Shown: in pieces, positions 38,874 through 40,000 of the stretch
How the letters are laid out: each line of letters begins with the position of its first letter
How positions within the stretch are numbered: the stretch's first letter is position 1
From: an uncultured Planctomycetaceae bacterium
GTDB taxonomy: Bacteria; Planctomycetota; Planctomycetia; Isosphaerales; Isosphaeraceae
Direction: 5' to 3'
Length of the DNA stretch: 40,000 bases
Assembly (NCBI GenBank): GCA_963760085.1
Contig: CAVXCB010000007.1
Location: 126,053-166,052 of the forward strand
Made by a program: the position numbers and the translations under genes
Notes under the pieces: model-generated
Database searches by the model: none
What the model was told of the DNA's origin: nothing
What the model saw: the letters and a program-made list of their open reading frames with translations, nothing else

Positions 38874-39130
38874 ATGTTGAACGCACGCGAGGCACTGGAG
38901 GTTCTTGATCGAGATTTTCTGGAAACGCGGTGCAAGATTTTGGAAATCGCCGCGGTCCTCGATCGGATCGATCGAGCGCCGCCCACCACCATATCCATCC
39001 GGACCCGAGAGTCGGCCAAATTCGCCAGGCCCTCGAGCGCTTTTGCGTCCCGGAGCCGGGGCGCTCCGAGACGATTCAGTTAATCTTTTCGCTCGAGTAC
39101 GATCGAGACTGGCGCCGAACCTTAAAATGA
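38874..39130 (+). CDS. small hypothetical protein (~85 aa), one apparent frameshift
   Basis: ATG 38874 follows GGAGGA and gives MLNAREALEVLDRDFLETRCKILEIAAVLDRIDRAP (ORF 38685..39083 frame). It then continues as HHHIHPDPRVGQIRQALERFCVPEPGRSETIQLIFSLEYDRDWRRTLK (ORF 38930..39130 frame). The break is near the C run around 38984. No family recognised. Confidence 0.4.
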
Positions 39131-39149
39131 GGCTGTGACAAGACGCTAG
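39130..39149. repeat. partial third copy of the AGGCTGTGAC repeat core
   Basis: AGGCTGTGACAAGACGCTAG compares with AGGCTGTGACAAAGCACTAG (39224-39243) and AGGCTGTGACTAAGCCCTAG (34925-34944). It starts on the last base of the stop codon of the preceding small gene. Confidence 0.5.
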
Positions 39150-39183
39150 GAAAAAAATAAATGTAGCCGGATTGGTCCGCACA

Positions 39184-39246
39184 GCGGACCCTACAAGGAA
39201 GCTCAATGCTTCGACGCTCACATCAGGCTGTGACAAAGCACTAGCG
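39184..39246. repeat. copy B of the ~63-nt dispersed intergenic repeat, preceded by a perfect hairpin
   Basis: GCGGACCCTACAAGGAAGCTCAATGCTTCGACGCTCACATCAGGCTGTGACAAAGCACTAGCG. The first 7 nt form the right arm of the hairpin GGTCCGC-ACA-GCGGACC (39174-39190). Confidence 0.6.
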
Positions 39247-39306
39247 AACTTGATACATGAGCCAATGACAGGGCCTGAAGCCGCCATGCTTTCAGGAGTG
39301 AAACTA

Positions 39307-40000
39307 GTGATTCCGTACGTCGATCCACATATTCACATGGTATCCCGGGTTACCGACGACTACAAACGGATGGCGCTGGCGGGCTGCGTGCTGGTCAGCG
39401 AGCCTGCCTTCTGGGCCGGCTTCGACCGGTCGGGCCCAGAAGGGTTTCGGGATTACTTCCGCCAGTTGACCGCCTTCGAGCGCAAGCGCGCCGCCAGTTA
39501 CGGCATCGAGCATCGATGCTGGCTGTGCATCAACGCCAAGGAGGCCGAGAACGTTTCGCTGTCGCGGCAGGTGATCGCGATGATTCCGGAGTTTCTCGAT
39601 GAGCCCGGGGTCCTGGGCATCGGCGAAATTGGTCTGAACAAGAACACGCGCAACGAGGCGACCGTGTTTCTGGAGCACCTCGAGCTGGCGGCGCGAAAGC
39701 AGGAATTGGTCCTGGTGCATACTCCCCACCTGGCCGACAAGTACCCGGGCACCCGCATGATCCTGGACATGATTCATGAAGAATCGCGAATCAGCCCCGA
39801 TCGGGTCTGCATTGACCATGTGGAGGAGCACACGATCCGCCTGGCGCTCGACGCCGGCCACTGGGTGGGGATGACGCTCTATCCGGTTACCAAGTGCACT
39901 CCCGCCCGGGCGGCCGACATGATCGAGCTGTACGGACCCGAACGGATCATGGTGAACTCGGCCGGCGACTGGGGGCACAGCGACCCGCTGGCGGTTCCCG
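39307..40000 (+). CDS. TatD-family metal-dependent hydrolase (partial, runs off the window)
   Basis: This open frame is not in the track because it has no stop in the window. GTG 39307 lies 8 nt after AGGAG and gives (M)[13 protein letters not shown]. Further motifs are [20 protein letters not shown] and IDHVEEHT, the pattern of metal-binding His/Glu residues of TatD-like amidohydrolases. The antisense track ORF 39304..39978 is spurious. Confidence 0.8.
   Translation, partial: MIPYVDPHIHMVSRVTDDYKRMALAGCVLVSEPAFWAGFDRSGPEGFRDYFRQLTAFERKRAASYGIEHRCWLCINAKEAENVSLSRQVIAMIPEFLDEPGVLGIGEIGLNKNTRNEATVFLEHLELAARKQELVLVHTPHLADKYPGTRMILDMIHEESRISPDRVCIDHVEEHTIRLALDAGHWVGMTLYPVTKCTPARAADMIELYGPERIMVNSAGDWGHSDPLAVP

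Noticed and set aside
3708-38990. Programmed ribosomal frameshifting as the explanation for the split genes
   Set aside because: There are too many sites (about 30) in unrelated genes, in both +1 and -1 directions, with no common slippery heptamer or downstream structure.
39304-39978. 224-aa minus-strand ORF
   Set aside because: It is antisense to an open plus-strand frame with clear TatD-like motifs (DPHIHM, GEIGL, VHTPH) that is missing from the track only because it has no stop in the window.
1-40000. Search for rRNA, tRNA, CRISPR arrays, IS elements/transposases, integrases and phage genes
   Set aside because: I saw no regularly spaced direct repeats, no rRNA or tRNA signatures, and no DDE/tyrosine-recombinase-like ORFs on either strand. 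The only repeats found are the short intergenic elements reported above.

Overview
GC-rich bacterial chromosomal segment with planctomycete hallmarks: a PSCyt/DUF1549/DUF1553 + DUF1501 gene pair, a DUF1559 prepilin-like protein, and many long spurious antisense ORFs. The centre (about 8.4-21.4 kb, mostly minus strand) is a tetrahydromethanopterin/methylofuran-dependent C1 module. It reads fhcB, fhcA, fhcD (ftr), fhcC and mch, followed by cofactor-biosynthesis-type genes: a RimK/MptN-like ATP-grasp, a CitG-like gene, a PTPS-like gene, a HisA/HisF-like gene, and MfnD-, MfnF- and MfnE-like genes. The flanks carry a large PIG-L/LmbE deacetylase, DUF2911, an SGNH hydrolase, an SDR, a PQQ-dependent dehydrogenase, and a hydrolase/peptidase cluster (alpha/beta hydrolase, duplicated HExxH protein, S9 peptidase, lipase-like). 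They also carry a GT4 glycosyltransferase, DUF2007, a Tyr/Thr-rich secreted protein and a partial TatD-like hydrolase. Small accessory genes (VapBC, an orphan MNT nucleotidyltransferase, an opposite-strand two-gene cassette) sit inside the fhc region. I found no rRNA, tRNA, CRISPR array or recognisable transposase. The most conspicuous feature is about thirty small (mostly 1-nt) indels that break most long genes into ORF fragments. Motifs continue cleanly across each break, so I annotate whole genes and give the break points. I see no convincing novel multi-gene system. The best second-look items are the opposite-strand cassette between fhcB and fhcA, a dispersed ~63-nt intergenic repeat, an AT-richer 740-bp noncoding region with a near-consensus promoter, a stop-less CitG-like/PTPS-like junction, and an internally duplicated HExxH protein.
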